Assembly: GCA_030390025.1 (NCBI GenBank)
Contig: JASTWF010000035.1
Span: forward strand, 806,001-870,000
From: Squalus acanthias
Taxonomy: Eukaryota
DNA length: 64,000 nucleotides
Direction: 5' to 3'
In this document: positions 60,546 through 64,000 of the stretch, one piece after another
Layout of the letters: each line of letters opens with the position of its first letter
Position numbering within the stretch: the stretch's first letter is position 1
Program-made: the position numbers and the translations under genes
Notes under the pieces: generated by a model
Databases searched by the model: none
The model's input: the letters and a program-made list of their open reading frames with translations, nothing else
What the model was told of the DNA's origin: nothing

Positions 60546-62394
60546 TCCAATAGCGAAGACAATGCCACGATGTGTGGCTGCAATAGATTGTGCCCCAAGA
60601 ATTGAAAAAAAAACTTTGAACGACAATTTAAGTTAAGCTGGTGTGTAAAAACTGAGAAGAACAACAAAAAGTTTGTTTAACAAAAGATTAAGTTTCGGTC
60701 TAAGATTTAACCTTGGAGTCGCAGTTGCTATGGTGAAATCTTCCAAAGCAGTTTGATTTGATTTGCTTAAATGTGAAAAACTAATTTTTCTCCAGTTCTA
60801 AGAAATATGATGTAATTTATGGTTTTCTACAAGCATGTATTAGTTTGTTTTGTTTTATCTGTTCTGTTCATGTTCAATTAAAGATTGAAAACACAACTGT
60901 CTTTTTCGATCGGGAAAAAAAAATGTTTTTAATTTACGTAAAGTGACGCAATTGCGTGCGCCTGACAATGTTTCGTTCCACCTGCAAAGGAGTTAACCCT
61001 TTCCACTGACAGCTGATTAAGTTCACCGAGCAACAACTTTAGTATGACATTTAAAGATATTGGACATTATTAAATTTAAGTTTCTTAATTTTAATTTAAC
61101 ATTTCCCAGAAGGAAAATTATGATTTGATAAATTAACCCCTTGGGCGCTAAGCAGAGTCACAATGGATTCTCTCCTTTCTTTTGTTATATGGAAGTTACC
61201 TTGTAAACTAATTGCAGCACTTCTGTCTCTAATGTTAAAACACTGTGTAAGCCACCTAGCCTGGAAATCATTTGTTTCTGAAATTGGAATTGATAAGATA
61301 AATTGATAGAAATGAAATTGAACATTGACAAAACCTGTCAGTTCAACAGTACTGCTGTTTGGATTTCGGGATAGTTTTGAAATGACAAAATGGACTCAGG
61401 CACTATATATATTGGGTTACTTTTGGAAAATAAAAGATCCTCTAAAATAATGATAAATAAAAAAAAAGTGTTAATAACTTGGACCTAGTGAGAATGTTTG
61501 ATCTATGTTTTCAATCTTAAATATTGTACTGGACAGTAAAGTTTCTCCAGGGCTCATGAATGAGATATGAATAGTAATTAAAGGGGAGTGATTGAAGGTG
61601 TAAGATTGAAACAGGAGAATTACACTGCTGAATGGGAATTTAAAAAAAAACTTTCTGGTGAAAGTCAGGAAAGTGTAGCTAAGAATAATAAATTGATAGC
61701 TTTCTCTTGGAGACATTTGTGTCCCTGCCTATAATGAACTTTTAAGAAAACTGAATAATATAGCTAGCCACTACCCAAGACATCGGGACCATGCAGAGGA
61801 AGATGAACAAAGACAATCTTTTGATAAGATACCTGAAAGCCCGAGAAAGGCACATGTGGCATGATATTGAGATACCGGTATGAGTGTGCAAATGTGATTT
61901 GTTACATATGAAGCAATTACCATCTGGAAATGTATGGTGAATCTGCACTGAAGAACGGGTCTCAGACATGCTCAGTTACTTGACAACAGCAAGACATGAA
62001 ATAGTTAATGTGGTTCAGGAGAGCGAGACAACTTTTAAAACATTGACACATACTCCATCGAGAAACTATCTAATTAATGAAACAATCAGAATAGAGTTAA
62101 ACACACTGGTACCTGTTAGAGGGATTGGAAATTGAAGTTGAAGTGGAGAGTTACCTGGAATCTGGATTGGGACAATTGAGGGCTAAGGAGAAATCATGTT
62201 TAGTAAGAATTATCCACAATATGGATATGAGTAAAAAAAAGCGATCTGGAGAATCTTTTAAGTCCATGATTTGTTGATTAGATGTTAAACTGTAATGTTA
62301 CTTGAAATGATTGTAAGACTGAATTTAACTGTGACTGTAATAATTGTGTTTTGTAGGTAACAGAGTGTGGGAAAAACCAGTGCGAATCCAGTAT

Positions 62395-62825
62395 GAGGTG
62401 GTTTTGGTGGTGCCTCCTGTGTCACTACTACCGCAACTACCATGCTTTACGGGTCTAACAGGACCTGTCCCATCAACCAACACGTTTTACATAATATCGA
62501 AACCTATGCTCAAGTGAAACTGACAGTAAATGAGGTACTTAAGTATGAGCTGCACAATTATGTGGCACAATTCGGATACGACATTCCCCTGTTGTCTAAG
62601 GTTATCAGTGAGCTCATGATGCGACTGAACTCCTCCCTAAAGCATTTTTATGTTTTGAAGGAAGATAACTCGAGAATAGATATTGAAATTGACAGCATAG
62701 AGGACAACTCACACTGGTGGGATATTGGGCTTAATATATCAGCACACCCTTAGATTTGTATTATTTCACACGCTCTGGTAGTTCTCCAACTTGTAATGAT
62801 AGTGTATTTGATATATGTAACCTAT
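62395..62825 (+). pseudogene. env: C-terminal remnant of an F-type env homologous to element B env
   Basis: GGASCVTTT...NRTCPI...VAQFGYDIP...KHFYVL...HWWD...IISHALVVLQLVMIVYL aligns with GGTYCVTTA...RSRCPV...VAHFGYLIP...KHFYTL...PWWN...IASHILVVCQVFIVVYL. Confidence 0.85.
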
Positions 62826-63419
62826 GTAGTAAGATACACAAGCCAATTGGGTACTCATGCCCATGACTAACCAGCACTAACAAATTGAGCACACCGAAAG
62901 AGAAGATCCGAAGCAATGTAGAGGAGACCCCAGGCGGGGTAACATCAGGAAGATAGAAGAAACAGAGGATACCCCAGGCGGGGCAGAATTGGAACACCGG
63001 AAAAATGAATTGAATTTGAGTAAGGGGTCAGAGGTTGCTCCTTCTCCTCAAAGGAATGGACTATTAGAAGGGAGAAATCTTCAAGACTCCCTACTAACTA
63101 ATGCCCAAGTTGAGAGAGCAATAAGAACTAGCCAGATTAGTCAAGAGCCGATTGTGAGAAGTCAATAAGGATTATTTCCTTCTCAAAGAAGGGAATTGTA
63201 AGAAATAGCTGTTAGATTCAAAGATGGGTTTTAATTCTTAGAACAGAAACTGATAACATGCAACCAGGAACAGATAGCAGAAATGCCAGCAAGGTCGAAT
63301 ATCAAGCATCAAAAGACAAATAGAAGTGATAAGGGAATCATAAAATGCAAAACAACACAGGGTGGGAGATAATAGACAAAAAATGGAGTCAAAAAATTAA
63401 ATTTTGAAGGACTTACACA

Positions 63420-64000
63420 ATGAAGCTGTTACTTATATTTTGCATATTAATCGGACTGATACGCATGACGTGCCAAAGAGGTGGGGAAGGATCCCGAAAG
63501 AAACGAGAATTACACGTTAACACTTTCTTGTACATGTCTTATGAGCATGCTCAGCCCAATTATAATCATACTCGAACACCCCCGTTTCTTGTATTAACTA
63601 ATACCTCAGGAGTCGGTAGACCACAAGGGGCATTATGTTTTAAAAAGCAGGCTGCAGTAAGCAGGATGCAGGATGAAAAGAAAGTCGGAGAGAGTTCCTG
63701 TAATCAAACAGTCATGTGGCAACCACCAATTCCTGGCCTGCTTGAGCAGGGATTTTTTCAGTTTGACTGGACTAAAGTAAATAATAAAACCAGTAGGTCC
63801 CACTGGACAGGCGACGCTATCCGAATATGGATGGGAGGAGAGGGAAACTTGACGGCCTATAATTGCACCTATTTTCTATGCGGGAACAAGGCTTATCCAT
63901 GGTTGCCACATAACTGGACAGGGTCCTGCTATTTGGGTTATGTAGTACCTTATATCCACATTTTAGACAACATAGGAGAACATTATGAATTCCAAAGAAG
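63420..64000 (+). CDS. env: Gamma-type retroviral env SU, open to the window end (not in the ORF track)
   Basis: Signal peptide MKLLLIFCILIGLI; no stop in 193 codons; TYFLCGNKAYPWLPHNWTGSCYLGYVVP motif. Confidence 0.8.
   Translation, partial: MKLLLIFCILIGLIRMTCQRGGEGSRKKRELHVNTFLYMSYEHAQPNYNHTRTPPFLVLTNTSGVGRPQGALCFKKQAAVSRMQDEKKVGESSCNQTVMWQPPIPGLLEQGFFQFDWTKVNNKTSRSHWTGDAIRIWMGGEGNLTAYNCTYFLCGNKAYPWLPHNWTGSCYLGYVVPYIHILDNIGEHYEFQR

Larger units (their letters stand above)
52481..64000 (+). mobile_element. Endogenous retrovirus element C (5' LTR ~52481-57332, apparently interrupted by Harbinger copy 3); runs off the window end
   Basis: TATA-like ~57183, AATAAA 57267-57272, CA end ~57332, then PBS, gag, pro, RT remnant and env remnants. 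The left LTR boundary is inferred. Confidence 0.75.

Overview
Repeat-dense vertebrate genomic DNA, probably from a cartilaginous fish (inferred from the CR1 LINE families and DeuSINE-type SINEs). The only host gene visible is two 3' exons of a minus-strand short-chain dehydrogenase (retinol dehydrogenase/DHRS13-like; 47862-47971 and 43856-44059). The rest is nested mobile DNA: many CR1 fragments, three ~4.1-4.3 kb two-gene Harbinger transposons, Harbinger-type MITEs, a Tigger/pogo transposase, a Vingi-like LINE piece, SINEs and minisatellites. The most interesting content is a group of pol-deficient endogenous retrovirus-like elements: element A (1-5713), the very young full-length element B (11217-20564, near-identical 1648-bp LTRs) and a related solo LTR (50745-52029). 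Their env looks like an F-type class I fusion protein (lokiretrovirus-like) with an extra N-terminal Ig-like domain. Their gag ATG overlaps a tRNA-Arg primer-binding site directly after the LTR, and the LTR carries a splice donor and a motif complementary to the tRNA T-loop. In element B, pol is replaced by an in-frame ORF behind a UGA-CUAG readthrough signal. Element C (from ~52481 to the window end) looks chimeric: class I gag-pro with PBS-Gln, a foamy/loki-like RT remnant, an F-type env remnant and an open gamma-type env. Family assignments rest on motifs read by eye; no database search was run.
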